Assembly: GCA_040285855.1 (NCBI GenBank)
Contig: JAUFOQ010000006.1
Location: forward strand, 868,001 to 932,000
Direction of reading: 5' to 3'
Length of the DNA stretch: 64,000 bases
Source of the DNA: Eukaryota sp. GEM-RC1
Taxonomy: Eukaryota
Part shown: positions 36,042-48,471 of the stretch, in pieces
Position numbering within the stretch: position 1 is the first letter of the stretch
How the letters are laid out: the number at the start of each line of letters is the position of its first letter
Program-made: the position numbers and the translations under genes
The notes under the pieces: model-generated
Databases searched by the model: none
Told to the model about the DNA's origin: nothing
The model's input: the letters and a program-made list of their open reading frames with translations, nothing else

Positions 36042-36729
36042 CAGGGGCGTGAAAATATTTATTTAAATATATTGTTTATTGTTTTCGATAAAAATAGATA
36101 TATTGTTATTGTTCTTGACAGAAATTAATACATTGGTATTGTTGTCGAAAACAATAAATATATTTATTTATTGTCAATAAATATTGGTTAATATTATTTA
36201 GTTGCTATGTGTCAATAATCAGACAAGAACAGCTCTACCATTTTTTATGATATATCAAATGTTCCTCAGACTCGTCATTGTCCTAAAGGAGCTCAATAGA
36301 TTGTGTAGTGAATAAGACTCTGATTGAAGATACTTTTTGGGAGTATCTCCAATTGCACAACAACAGAACAGTTTGGGTTTACGTCGTATTAAGCAGGACA
36401 AATCGTTTCAAGTGCAGATTTGAATAGTAGTGGGTAACAATTTCCTTATGTTTAAACATAAAGAAGACTCAGATAGAATTGTATCGTGCTCAGCAACCTC
36501 CAATCGATCACTTTACACTGTATTTCTTCAAAAATGGCACAATGTATTACTGTAAAAACAGACAAAATAGGACACCAATATATTTAAATATATTGCAATA
36601 TATTGCAATAATATTGTTTATTGATTCGACCAACAATAAATATATTGTCGGTAACTCACAGAACAATAAATAAATAAATAGATATTTATTGCAATAAATA
36701 CAATATAAATATATTTTTTCTCACCCCTG
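36042..36729. mobile_element. hAT MITE
   Basis: TIR CAGGGGCGTGAAAA / TTTTCTCACCCCTG; perfect 8-bp TSD CTACTAGT; ATATTG/CAATA subterminal repeats. Confidence 0.9.
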
Positions 36730-36739
36730 CTACTAGTAG

Positions 36740-37512
36740 CAGTAATCGTCAAACCGTAAAATAAAAACACTGTATTTACAGAATTGCTGTGAATACGGTT
36801 CGGTACCTACTATTGCTTTCCGTAAAATACAGTTTTTCGTAAAACACGGAAGTAATTTACGGTAAAACATTTCCGTAAAATTGTATTTTTCCGCAAACAA
36901 TGCCAAGACGATGCGTATCAAAAACTTCTTCACGAAGCTGGAAGACCCGTTACATCCTCCCAGAGATCATTTTGTAATCTCTTCTGACTGCTACAAGTTT
37001 AAGTACTGTCAACCCATTTTTTCACTTGGATAAAGAAGGGTAAGGGGTACACCGATCTTCTGTCTCTTGTCAAAACTGATCATTTTGATGACTATCAAAG
37101 ATTTGAATCTTCAGAACATCAAAAGAATATTGTTCGATGTGATGTTCTAATTCTTGCCAAAACAAAAATAAGAGGAATGTAGTATTAGAATTAACTATTT
37201 ATTTTACTAAACAACGGGGTTTATGATCCATCAGTGAAATAAATGCATTTGCAGAAAATAATAACTAACAAACACAAATCTTTTGCTATAGTTTTCACTT
37301 CCCACAAACGAACAGTTTGGTAACAATTCTTGTTGTAGATACGTGGAAATCCAAAAGTCAATTTACGGTGAAATACGGTTCCGTATTGCAATTTGTTACG
37401 GAAAATAGTACTTTTGCCGTAAGAGAAAAATAACGTTCCGTAAAATACGGAAATTATTTACGGAGTTGGCAATAGTTGCTGTATTTACGGTACTATATTT
37501 TGACGACCACTG
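36740..37512. mobile_element. hAT MITE (second family) containing a LINE 3'-end stub at ~37213-37278
   Basis: TIR CAGTAATCGTCAAA / TTTGACGACCACTG; perfect TSD ACTAGTAG; CCGTA/TACGG subterminal repeats; the stub matches 2404-2470. Confidence 0.88.
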
Positions 37513-37899
37513 ACTAGTAGAACATTGTACCATAGAAATACAAAATATAAAATATAGTATTTTTTTTGTATTATGTATTTCTTCTGTAGTATGTATTGTT
37601 TTATTTCTGGAAAAGTGTATTTGTATTTGTATTTTTTATATTTTTTTGTCAGCCCGAAAATCCCTTTAATTGATGGAAATTACTGAAGTAAACGAGAGAA
37701 ACACGCAATCGCGGATTCTTCTGATCAGTTATATTATTGCTTGGTACAATGGGGCCATTTATTATTTTAACAACTGGGAGAAATAGTTTGCTGAATTTTC
37801 TTAACGTTCCAGTACAGTACGTCAACAGCGTATGTTAGATGACTGATAAGTGAAACCCCGATCAAAGTCAAGTAACAGAAATTTAGAAACGCTTAATAA

Positions 37900-39030
37900 T
37901 GTTCATTCCAAGGAATAAAACGCCTTGTGTATACTCTTACAAAAACAAACTATCATCAACAATATCAAATGAGATACAAATACCTCTACATTATTTCAAA
38001 TCCATGTCTCAATGCAAAGAATCGGTTCAAAATCGAAGCAAAAACCTAAACAATACTTTGAAAAAAGAAAACGACAACCTTCCTGTCCAGTAACTTTTAT
38101 TAAAATTCTTTCCATGCTGCTTACACAATTTGCCAAAATCTGTGAGAAATTGTTGACCGAAGCAACCAAGCGTTCCATAAAGAGAAGCAGAAAAAGATGG
38201 AAAACAAAAGGATTGTGTCGGCGAGAATTCATCTTGGAAATTAATTCGCAATAACGATCTAATTGTTTCCTTTCAGCAGTTTCAAGAGCTGAATAGTTTT
38301 CGTTTATAATTTTTTCAACAGAAGTTATGTTACAAGGACCAATCCTAGTAAAGCCCACAATTATTTCTTGAGAGGACAACCAAAATGCAATCAAATCACA
38401 TCTGCTCTTATCTCTCACAGCTGAGTCAGACCTTGTGAAAACCATAGCTCTTAAACAATACCAAACATTGATCACGTAAACTGTTGTGAATAATTGATCT
38501 TAAATGAATAAAATTATGACAGTTGACCACATGAAGGAAAGAGGCTAAAGAAGAACCACACATACAGTAGACTTTTGCAGGAGACCAACAGTTCATAACC
38601 CTAAACTCAAACCAGTGATGTGTAAAAATAGTACACGTAAATACGGTACATTTTCAACTTTGCCGTAAATAACTTCCGTATTTTTACTGTTAACGTATTT
38701 TATGGATAGCTAGTATAGTGCGGTACCGTAATTTACGGCAGTGTACGGCAAATAGTGTACGGTACGCTATTTTTGTACATCACTGTCTCAAACGAATGTT
38801 GACAAGCCATTCATGATCTTTTAAGTTGAAACTATATTTTTAAGTATATCGAGTAATCAACGTAAAAGCCTAATCATTGGAAATGTCTTTCAAAAAAGCA
38901 CAAAAAGCGGGACTCTCGATTTTAGCCAAACTAATACGATTTTTAAAGTCCATACTTTCATTTTAGTCGATAAATTGCTTCTGCAATTTACGGAAACATA
39001 GTGGTAAGGAGAACAAACTTTTTTTAGGGA
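37900..39030 (-). pseudogene. Degenerate RLE-type LINE, same family as 2401-3351, interrupted by a MITE
   Basis: DFKNRISLAK..SPAFCAF, HEWLVNIRL, RCDLIAFWLSSQEIIV, FNKSYWTGRLSF. Its 3' flank (~37915-37990) recurs at ~59645-59715. Confidence 0.8.
38613..38785. mobile_element. 173-bp hAT MITE nested in the LINE remnant
   Basis: TIR CAGTGATGTGTAAAAATAG / CTATTTTTGTACATCACTG; TSD ACTCAAAC/TCTCAAAC. Confidence 0.87.
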
Positions 39031-40085
39031 TCTCAGTAACAGTGATATGGGGAAAAGAGACGCCCATATATCAGCATCAAGATTTTCAATCTGATGTTAC
39101 AGACTGATTAACAGTGAACACGGGGAAGATGAGAGAAAACGATGATCAAGCCAAAGATCAGGATAACAGATACGAAACTCAAACAAGAAGTTCTTTAAAC
39201 ATCCAAAGAATTGAAAAATACCAAACCATGTGAAGTTGTGCAATCTAGTTTCACTACTGTCAGTCAGTGATGAAGATTCAAAACCCTGATGAGACGAGCT
39301 ACACGATACTCAGATTGATCTTGTTTTGAAGATGTATGTAGTCTTTGGAGACTATGATTTCCAGTTGACACTGTGTTACCAACAAGCGGTATTATTAGGA
39401 CGATTTACAACTAATGTACGAGACAAAAAGTGTCCAAAGTCACATAGTATGACTACATAACTCCACGTCAGTTCTTTAAACGTGGACCAAATGAACATTT
39501 GAAAACTCAATTGGTTTAATAAATGAAAAGAAGTCTAAGAATGCGTACCGAAGAGGTGAACCATGATAACCCTGAAGATCAATCACATTTGCAGTCGTTG
39601 GACTCAATGCACTTAGTTTAATGCTTGCAATTACAAGATAAATATACACTTAATAAAGTATTCTGTATTGTATATGTATTCTATGCTGTATTATTATTTT
39701 TGTCCGTGTACTTTGCAACTATGCATTGTACCACTAGTAGTTGCACCACGCAACGTCTTAACAAAAATTAAACTTTAATCATAAGTTACCGACAAACGAA
39801 TACCTGCAAACACGTCTCTATCTTGAAAGAAGCTCAACACTGGATATCAAAAGATGTATGGAATCCATCAAAGAAGGTATAAGTGTATCAGTGTGGGGAT
39901 GTATGGTTATGAGGTGAAGAGTATTTGGGGTAAAATGATTTCGGAGAGTACATTAGATCTCAGTAGGAGTTCTTAATACGGTAGTATTATGCTCACACCC
40001 GGTCTGTACGCACTGTATGCGAGTGCTATCTGAGAGCAATACAGTAGTATTTTCGTAATTGTAGTTTTATAGTATGTGCGATAGT

Positions 40086-41080
40086 CAGGGCTCTGTAATA
40101 TTGTATTGCAATATATTGGTATTGGTTTTTGACCTTCCAATCAATATTGGTATCGACCAATATATTGCCAATATTGCCAATATAGTTAAACCTAGTATAT
40201 GAAGTAGCTTTATCAAGATCTACTTCTAAAATGCATAAAACAATAAACTACTACTGTAAAACCAATGAAGAGTGTACTTGCAACAATAATTATAATATAA
40301 TACATACTAATCCAGAAAAAGAAACTAAAGACTTCTTTAGATTAACATTGATTAATTGTATTCAACAAGCTTTACGAACAGTTCCAACATTCCAAAGACT
40401 TCTGTTGTAATGCAACCAAAGTTGAGCTTTCAATCTGCTATTGGATAAAGAATAGCGAGTCATTCCAACTGCAAGTTTGACTTTGGAAAAAAGTCTCTCA
40501 ATCTCCACAGAAGTGGCTGGAATCCAAGTCAAATCTTGATATTTTCTATTGGCAGTTCTTCTGGTCTGTGATAATTGAGAGGCTCGTTCAGAAAGCGTTC
40601 CTTTCTCTCCTTCCTGACTTTCTGGTTCTGGAAACAAAATGACAGGACTTTCCCCCATTTCAAACTTCTGAAGATAGTTCTTTTCTTGAGTAGTAAATAA
40701 ACTTTCGGTTCCATCAATTACTTTCAAGACACCGGACTCAAATTCTTGGATGTAAGGGAATAAAAGGTGAGACAGATTGTTTTATTGTCCGTCATAAAGA
40801 TAGTAAGAGTAAGTTAAGTTTGAACTAAATAATTCTTCTATTGGATTGACAGATTTTCTCATAACGTAAGTGGTTGGCTCATTTGTACTAAGAAGTTCAA
40901 TTAATGTACAGCTGACAGACACTCATATACATTGTCCCGTAGATGTTTGAGACAAAATACCCAAACATCCATATTGATCAATATTGGCAATATATTGGTA
41001 TTGGTTTTTCGGCAACCAATCAATATTGGTACATATTTATTGACAATATTGAATTGGCAATTCAATATTACAGAGCCCTG
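40086..41080 (-). mobile_element. Non-autonomous hAT element
   Basis: TIR CAGGGCTCTGTAATATTG / CAATATTACAGAGCCCTG; perfect TSD GCGATAGT; ORF 40362-40727 YQDLTWIPATSVEIERLFS..LHYNRSLW. Confidence 0.93.
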
Positions 41081-41410
41081 GCGATAGTACATTTGTACAC
41101 TGTACTGCCGTTTCAAAAGAAACTTCTCAAATTCTCAAGCGAATTCCCAACAAGTCTATATCTTATGACATTGATACTTACTGTGAAATCATTCGTGTAA
41201 AATTTGACTTGTAAAAAACACAACACACTGTGAATAAACACAGATAGAAGATATCGGACCGGACAGGTTTATTAAAGGTTTGTGGTCCACAAAGGACAAT
41301 AAATTTCGTACAGCAATGAATGAGACCGGATATTAAATATTTGAAGGATTCGTTTGAAGCGGTCCTCGTGATATTTAAAAACAACCACAAAATGAAAATA
41401 TTCGACATTT

Positions 41411-44400
41411 CTACGAACCCATTCGTTTAAAACAATCTTCAACTTTTGCACGAATATCAGGATCAACTGCAAATATATTCATATACTCATCCCTCAAAAA
41501 CGAAGCTTCATCAATAACAAACTGATTCTGAGGTAGCGGTCCATTAAAAGCTATTGCATTATCCACAATCAACTGTAAATCATCGCGAACTTCTCCCAGA
41601 GTAGAATACTTGTTTTGAACAGCCTTTTGTTCAATTTCCGAGAGTGAGAACGGTCGCTTTACGAAGTGACGGTAGGTAGGAAAATCAGATGCTAGAGGTT
41701 TCTTAACAAACCAAGGTGCATGAGTCGAATGTAGCTTCATATTCCGCGTAACCGAGGCAATAATCTCATTAAATTCTCGTTTTGCTTCAATCTTATGCTT
41801 GACTTTCTCTTGCTTCCTTGACAACACGTGTGCAGTATCTTTCGGAGGAGACGGTATCAGGGCCTTCTTAGCTTCTTCAATAGGATCATCAGGACCAATT
41901 CCCCGCTCTTTTCTCCACTTGGCGTGGTATTCAGGAGCACAGTACTGTTCTAAACGGGCAAGGGAAAGGTCATTGTCTCTTAGAAAGACTAGTTCATGGA
42001 GTCTCGTCCAAAGAAGTTCTATTTGGAAGATTACATCTTGGTACCAGTCTTTTTTAGAGTTGTACAAGTGAGCATTGTAGACCATTAATCTCACGTCATC
42101 AAGGAAATCTTCCCTGCTGACGTATTCGTCTCGAGAAGTCTTCAGAATACACGCATCAATCCAAAGAGGTTTGGCAACAATATTCTTATAATCATAAAAG
42201 AACTTATAATCTGGTTCGGCCACAAAAATAAACAAAGGGGAGTACTGTGTGTTCTTACTGAAAATCTTAGCTTTAAGCTGAGTCAACTTAGTGTGGATGA
42301 ATTTATTCAACTCAACTTTAGCGTGCGCATCCGACATCCTCTTCCTAGAAGATCGGTCTCGTATATGGATAACCTCTTCCTCTTCCAATTTCTCTTGTTT
42401 TCTTGATATCTTGGTCGGGGGTCCAGCCTGGGTCTTTGCCACCCGATGTCGACGTGGCATTTCCTCTGGCATCTTAACAACCTTTGGAATTTTCTTTCGC
42501 TTTGGCCCTTTACCTGACAATTCCAAGTACAAACTCTTCAGCTTTGATGACAAAGTTCTTGCTCGTCTTCCGAGTGCATCTGCATCCTTAGGATCCACAA
42601 CATACTCCACAATAAACTCATTGGGATTATCCTTAGATGGACAAACTCTCTTCATGACAGTTCTTTTAAGATTAACATCGTGACTATTCAAATCTTCTCT
42701 TATAACAGCAGACCTAATCTTTCTTATAGACCCATCTGACTTTGACTCTTCTTGTACAGGTAAGTGAAGAAGGTTCTCAGGACCAAGACGTTGGCTACGT
42801 GGTCTTGAGTTAGTTCCTAACTGACTTAAATAAGAAGAAGAGGCAGTTGAAGAGAGAGTGGCTAAGGAGGGATCAGAATCAGTAACGGCAACTCCACGTG
42901 GCATTGAGTTTCGTCGTTGATTAATGATCTCATCCTCTGATTCAGAACCTTCCTCTTCCGTATCCATATCAAACTCCTCAAACAGCTTATCAGCAGAAGC
43001 TCCTCTCGGCTCAGTAACTGACTGTTGAAAGTAGTGAGAACTAGGGGCAAACCTGGTAGTTGTAACCAAGTCCTTCTCAATCTCAAGTACTTGAAGAGTA
43101 TGAAGGGCATATCTAGACGCACGTTCCCTCAGACCTTTCTCCTGTTGTTTTAGAGTAACCTTGTCATTACGTGCAAAACAGAGAATCTCAGGATCTGTAT
43201 TTCCAGCTGCTGCAGCTTCCGTAGACAACTCTCGTAGCTTACCCACCCTCTCCCACCTCTCCAACTCATCCACGGCATCTTCAGACATCCCTAGCTTCAT
43301 TAACAATCTCTTTGCCTTCGCTGGATCCATTCTCCTCAGGTCAGCGTCAGTTCCAGTGACCACTCTAGACTTTGGTTCATCTTCTCTACGATGAGCTTTG
43401 GCTTCTGGCTTTTGGGGAACTCTTACGTAAGTGAAGAGTCCCAGGGGGTATTCTGAGGGGTTGTCGGGTATTCGGAGGAGTCCTTTTGAGTTCACAATGG
43501 TATCTACATAGGCACCAGTATGCTTCCAAGGAAGCATTGCAATCATACTATCAACAATGTCACCTAAGTAACGTACCAATGCTGATCTGCCATACCTAAC
43601 ACCAGCTTGTCTTACAGTAGTCTGAGCTGATTTAAAACGTGTCAGACGGACGTCCTCTACTAACACGTTTCCCAAAACTCTTGCTTCCTGTTTAACAACA
43701 GCGTCTGGAGATACCTTCTGCCGTAGTTGATCCTCAGTAGGAAGTCTCACTCCAGGTTTAAGCCTCCAGTAAGTAGTGCTTTCGTAATCACACAACTCCT
43801 TGAGGACTGTCTTAATCTTTGACTCATTGTACATTGGGAACTCATACTGTAAAGTAGTTTTGGACACTCTATCTGACTTAGACAAGTGTCTAACTGCTGA
43901 AACCATCAATCTCTCTCTAACATACATCTTATCCTCATGGGAGTCTGGAGAATAGACGGCAGTCTTCGGTTGTTGTTGAGCAGTAGTAAAGATGTTTCCA
44001 GATATCTTACGGAGAGTAAGTTTGGAAGGTCCTGATGCTGACTTTCTTGTTACAACAAGTAAGTAATCACGTGTACCAGGAGGAGTATTGACCTTCTGAC
44101 GTGATGTGAGTGCAATTGAGTTATTATCCTCAATAACAGTGATTTTTGACCTTGTTTTTGAGCTGATTCGTGAGTTAACACATCACCTCCTAAACAAGGA
44201 ACACGCGTGTTCTTTGGTAATAAACTGATAATTCCATGGGGATCCATTTCAGGACTCTGAGGTACTTTAGACAAATAAACAACAATCCGTACAGCCATTG
44301 CGAAGTTTCGTACTAAAGGAGGTCGCTCTTCTAAATGTTCAACTAAAATCACGTCACCAGATGAACAAGACAGACTTGAAACCTTCCTAAACGATTCCAA

Positions 44401-45392
44401 GGGGACAACAAATCCAGAAGATCTCTCAGAAGCCTCTTCATCTGACAGAAGAGGGGAATATCCAACAGAAAGGAACTTGTGAAAGGTTATATTACTTGAA
44501 GATGAAAGCCTTGGTCGATGCCAGTACCTGCACATCTCTTCGCTTAGACTAGTAGTGGTAAATTTGAGTCTCATTGCAGGCTCAGGATGGTACACCACAG
44601 CTTCACCATGACCCTTTGCAGAGAGTCGAAGGTAGAGATGCGGTGGGGTGGATAGCTATCAAGTTCAACTGGAACTTCATCGTCTCTTTTAGCTGCTTCT
44701 TCATCTTCTCTAAAGGCACTCGTACTGAGCAGACGCTTGTCCTCAACCTTGGCGATGAGGAGGGAGGTGTCGTTGAGATCGACAACGAGACGAGAAGGTT
44801 TAGGGGGAGTAGAAGGAGAGGGAACGATGAAGTTGGACCAGGAGTGATCTCGTTGACGGGAGGGGAGCAGATTAGCGAGATTGGAGGGGAAATTAGGATG
44901 GGTGGAGGTGAAGGCATTAAGAGAAGATGTCCTACTGTCCACAAGACGGTTCTCCCAACAAAATAGAGATGGTAGTGAGAGGTTTTGTAGAGATTCTGTC
45001 AACTGAGATAAAGAAGTTGACGGTTCAGTGTCTGATTTTCTCTCTTCATGAGGTTTCTGTGCTGGTTTGGATTCGAGCAGGAAAGGAGTAGAAATAAGAT
45101 CAGCTGGAGATGGATAATAATATAGACGTGGTGAGACATAACCAGGATCGACAGGTGATCGTTCATGAGGAAGATCTGGATGGGAATCTTCTAAGTAGTG
45201 AAGCCATTCAGACCATTTGGGAAAGTCAGAGCTCAATTCAAGCTGAGCAACATAAGCTTCAACATCTTCAACAGAAGGAGGTGACCAGGATTGAAAGAAC
45301 TCTGAGCTGTTTATTCCAGGACGATGTTGTGTAGACGATAGATCTTCAAGATCTTCGATTTCATCAACTTCGTCCTGATGATGCACATTCAT
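41411..45392 (-). CDS. TAF1: TFIID subunit 1 (TAF1) with tandem bromodomains
   Basis: LVVDLND, HPEPAMRL..RYWHRPR, EHLEERPPLVRNFAMA, GTDADLRRMD..ERWERVGKLRELS, two bromodomains (NAHLYNS, NAIAFNG). ORFs join by one-base indels at G4 44645-44648 and T5 44143-44147. Confidence 0.92.
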
Positions 45393-45630
45393 TATGTTGA
45401 AGAAGAGAAATCATAATTTGGAGTTTCCTAAACACCAGTTGTCTGTAATTTTTGTACGTTCATAAAAGAATACGCCATTTACATGTAGTAATCGTTCAGG
45501 ACATACTTAATAACGTTGACTTCCAAAACCCTGCTGATAACTCATATCATTGGCAAGTACATTTTGACATTGACACGTGTTCGTTCCGCAATTACACCTC
45601 CAATCTAATACAGGACAATTTTTTCGTTCA

Positions 45631-48471
45631 ATGCTCCATTTGGATTGCACACTTTGTGATACAATCTTAGAAGATGCTTCTACACTACCCTGTGGCCACT
45701 GTTTCTGTCTTTCATGCATAACTGAATGGCTTCAGTGCAACGAATATTGTCCCACGTGTCATCAAGATGCTAATATCAAGGATGTTGTTGCTTGTACTGC
45801 CTTCCGTGAAGCTGTCGATACTCTTGCTTGCAATTCCGCAGTACTACCCGTGATACCCTCCGACGATCTCAGTTTCAGCATCAACAGTGACTTGGGTACC
45901 GGAATCAGTGGAACTGTTTATCTCTGTGAATGGGCTGACACCGATGTTGCTATCAAGCTCGCGAGTAAAGCTGATTACATGGAATCAACACTCTTACAGG
46001 AAGTCTCCCACATGGCCTCTCTGTCTCATCCTTTTGTCCTTCGAGTGTTTGGTATAACCAGACTTCCGAAACACATTGGTATCTTGATGGAACTTGGTTC
46101 TGGACATTTACAAGTTCCAACATCTCTTTCTCCCACCACTCTTGCTCAAGCTATTGATATATGTTCCGCTGTGAAGTACTTGCATTCTAAAGGAATTGTC
46201 CATCATGACATAAAGCCCCAAAATGTTATCTTGGTAAACTCACAGGTTAAGCTTGCCGATTTTGGTTCTTCTCTGACCATGCATTACTATACTTCTAAAC
46301 TCGAGGTTGCTCCCACGTATACTGCTCCTGAAGCTTTCAGAAAGATTTATGGCCCAGCTTTTGACGTGTATAGTCTAGGAATATTGTTTTATGAAATGTT
46401 TGCCAATAGACTTGCTTTTGAAGGTATGAAAGTTCTTGAAGTAGTTACGGCTAAACAACAACAACATTTATTGAGCTTTCCTGAAGGTTTTCCCAAGCCA
46501 ATTTCATCTTTGATTAACCAATGTCTTTCAGTTAATCCTAGTGAAAGACCTTCTATTAATGATGTACTGAAAGAGTTGACAGAAATTCAAGGAACCATTG
46601 AAGTTTTTGATTTGAACAATTCTCTAGAAAATGGTCTTCATTCACAGAAATCTTGTGATGAATTAGCTTTTGAAGGTTACCGAGAAGCTGCGGAACGAGG
46701 TGATGTTACTGGCATGAATAGTCTTGGTAATTGTTACTTTAGTGGAAAAGGAATCCAAAAAGATCACTTACAAGCTGTGCACTGGTATCAAAAGGCCGCT
46801 GATTTGGGTCACTCTACTGCTATGAATAGCCTTGGTCGTTGCTACGAAAATGGAAAAGGAATCCAAAAGGACCAATTGAAAGCTGTTCATTGGTATCGAA
46901 AGGCTGCGGATTTGGGTGACTCTGATGCTATGTGTTGTCTTGGTCATTGCTACGAAAATGGAAAAGGAATCCAAAAGGACCAATCGAAAGCTGTTCATTG
47001 GTATCGAAAGGCTGCGGATTTGGGTGACTCTGATGCTATGTGTTGTCTTGATCATTGCTACGAAAATGGAAAAGGAATCCAAAAGGACCAATCGAAAGCT
47101 GTTCATTGGTATCGAAAGGCTGCGGATTTGGGTGACTCTACTGCTATGAATAATCTTGGTGATTGCTACAAATATGGAGAAGGAATCCAAAAGCACCAAC
47201 CAAAAGCTGTTGATTGGTATCAAAAGGCCGCTGATTTGGGTCACTCTACTGCTATGTGTAGTCTTGGTATTTGTTACAATTATGGAGAAGGAATCCAAAA
47301 GGACCAATCAAAAGCTGTTTATTGGTATCAAAAGGCTGCGGATTTGGGTCACTCTACTGCTATGAATAGCCTTGGTCGTTGCTACGAAAATGGAAAAGGA
47401 ATCCAAAAGGACCAATCGAAAGCTGTTCATTGGTATCGAAAGGCTGCGGATTTGGGTGACTCTGATGCTATGAATAATCTTGGTAATTGCTACTACAATG
47501 GAGAAGGAATCCAAAAGGACCAATCAAAAGCTGTGTCCTGGTATCAAAAGGCCGCTGATTTGGGTGACTCTGATGCTATGAATAATCTTGGTGTATGCTA
47601 CAACAATGGAAAAGGAATCCAAAAGGATCAATCAAAAGCTGTTCATTGGTATCAAAAGGCCGCTGATTTGGGTCACTCTGATGCCATGAATAATCTTGGT
47701 TGTTGCTACAAATATGGAAAAGGAATCCAAAAGGACCAATCAAAAGCTGTGTCCTGGTATCAAAAGGCCGCTGATTTGGGTGACTCTGATGCTATGAATA
47801 ATCTTGGTAATTGCTACTACAATGGAGAAGGAATCCAAAAGGACCAATCAAAAGCTGTGTCCTGGTATCAAAAGGCCGCTGATTTGGGTGACTCTACTGC
47901 TATGAATAATCTTGGTAATTGCTACTACAATGGAGAAGGAATCCAAAAGGACCAATCAAAAGCTGTGTCCTGGTATCAAAAGGCCGCTGATTTGGGTGAC
48001 TCTACTGCTATGAATAATCTTGGTAATTGCTACTACAATGGAGAAGGAATCCAAAAGGACCAATCAAAAGCTGTGTCCTGGTATCAAAAGGCCGCTGATT
48101 TGGGTCACTCTACTGCTATGAATAATCTTGGTAATTGCTACTACAATGGAGAAGGAATCCAAAAGGACCAATCAAAAGCTGTTGATTGGTATCAAAAGGC
48201 CGCTGATTTGGGTCACTCTGATGCCATGAATAATCTTGGTTGTTGCTACAAATATGGAAAAGGAATCCAAAAGGACCAATCAAAAGCTGTGCATTGGTTC
48301 CAAACGGCTGCGGATTTGGGTGCCTCTGATGCCATGGTTAAACTTGGTTCTTGCTACTCCAATGGACAAGGAATTGAAAAGGACACATCAAAAGCTGTGT
48401 ACTGGTATCATAAAGCTGTTGAATTGGGTCACTCTGGTGCAAGAAAACCATTGAAACGCTTATTGAGATGA
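45631..48471 (+). CDS. RING - kinase - SEL1 repeat protein, paralogue D (16 repeats)
   Basis: Starts MLHLDCTLC; RING, kinase with HHDIKPQN/DFG/APE, sixteen 36-aa SEL1 repeats. Confidence 0.95.
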   Translation: MLHLDCTLCDTILEDASTLPCGHCFCLSCITEWLQCNEYCPTCHQDANIKDVVACTAFREAVDTLACNSAVLPVIPSDDLSFSINSDLGTGISGTVYLCEWADTDVAIKLASKADYMESTLLQEVSHMASLSHPFVLRVFGITRLPKHIGILMELGSGHLQVPTSLSPTTLAQAIDICSAVKYLHSKGIVHHDIKPQNVILVNSQVKLADFGSSLTMHYYTSKLEVAPTYTAPEAFRKIYGPAFDVYSLGILFYEMFANRLAFEGMKVLEVVTAKQQQHLLSFPEGFPKPISSLINQCLSVNPSERPSINDVLKELTEIQGTIEVFDLNNSLENGLHSQKSCDELAFEGYREAAERGDVTGMNSLGNCYFSGKGIQKDHLQAVHWYQKAADLGHSTAMNSLGRCYENGKGIQKDQLKAVHWYRKAADLGDSDAMCCLGHCYENGKGIQKDQSKAVHWYRKAADLGDSDAMCCLDHCYENGKGIQKDQSKAVHWYRKAADLGDSTAMNNLGDCYKYGEGIQKHQPKAVDWYQKAADLGHSTAMCSLGICYNYGEGIQKDQSKAVYWYQKAADLGHSTAMNSLGRCYENGKGIQKDQSKAVHWYRKAADLGDSDAMNNLGNCYYNGEGIQKDQSKAVSWYQKAADLGDSDAMNNLGVCYNNGKGIQKDQSKAVHWYQKAADLGHSDAMNNLGCCYKYGKGIQKDQSKAVSWYQKAADLGDSDAMNNLGNCYYNGEGIQKDQSKAVSWYQKAADLGDSTAMNNLGNCYYNGEGIQKDQSKAVSWYQKAADLGDSTAMNNLGNCYYNGEGIQKDQSKAVSWYQKAADLGHSTAMNNLGNCYYNGEGIQKDQSKAVDWYQKAADLGHSDAMNNLGCCYKYGKGIQKDQSKAVHWFQTAADLGASDAMVKLGSCYSNGQGIEKDTSKAVYWYHKAVELGHSGARKPLKRLLR
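46702..48429 (+). repeat. Coding tandem repeat, 16 x 108 bp
   Basis: Recurring GGAATCCAAAAGGACCAATC...TGGTATC...GATTTGGGT unit. Confidence 0.95.

Noticed and set aside
44574..47523. Antisense or alternate-frame ORFs over TAF1 and the SEL1 array (likewise over CFAP43 and the LRR genes)
   Set aside because: They are shadows of real coding sequence and repeat periodicity.
46702..48429. CRISPR-like array
   Set aside because: The units are in-frame 108-bp coding SEL1 repeats with no unique spacers.
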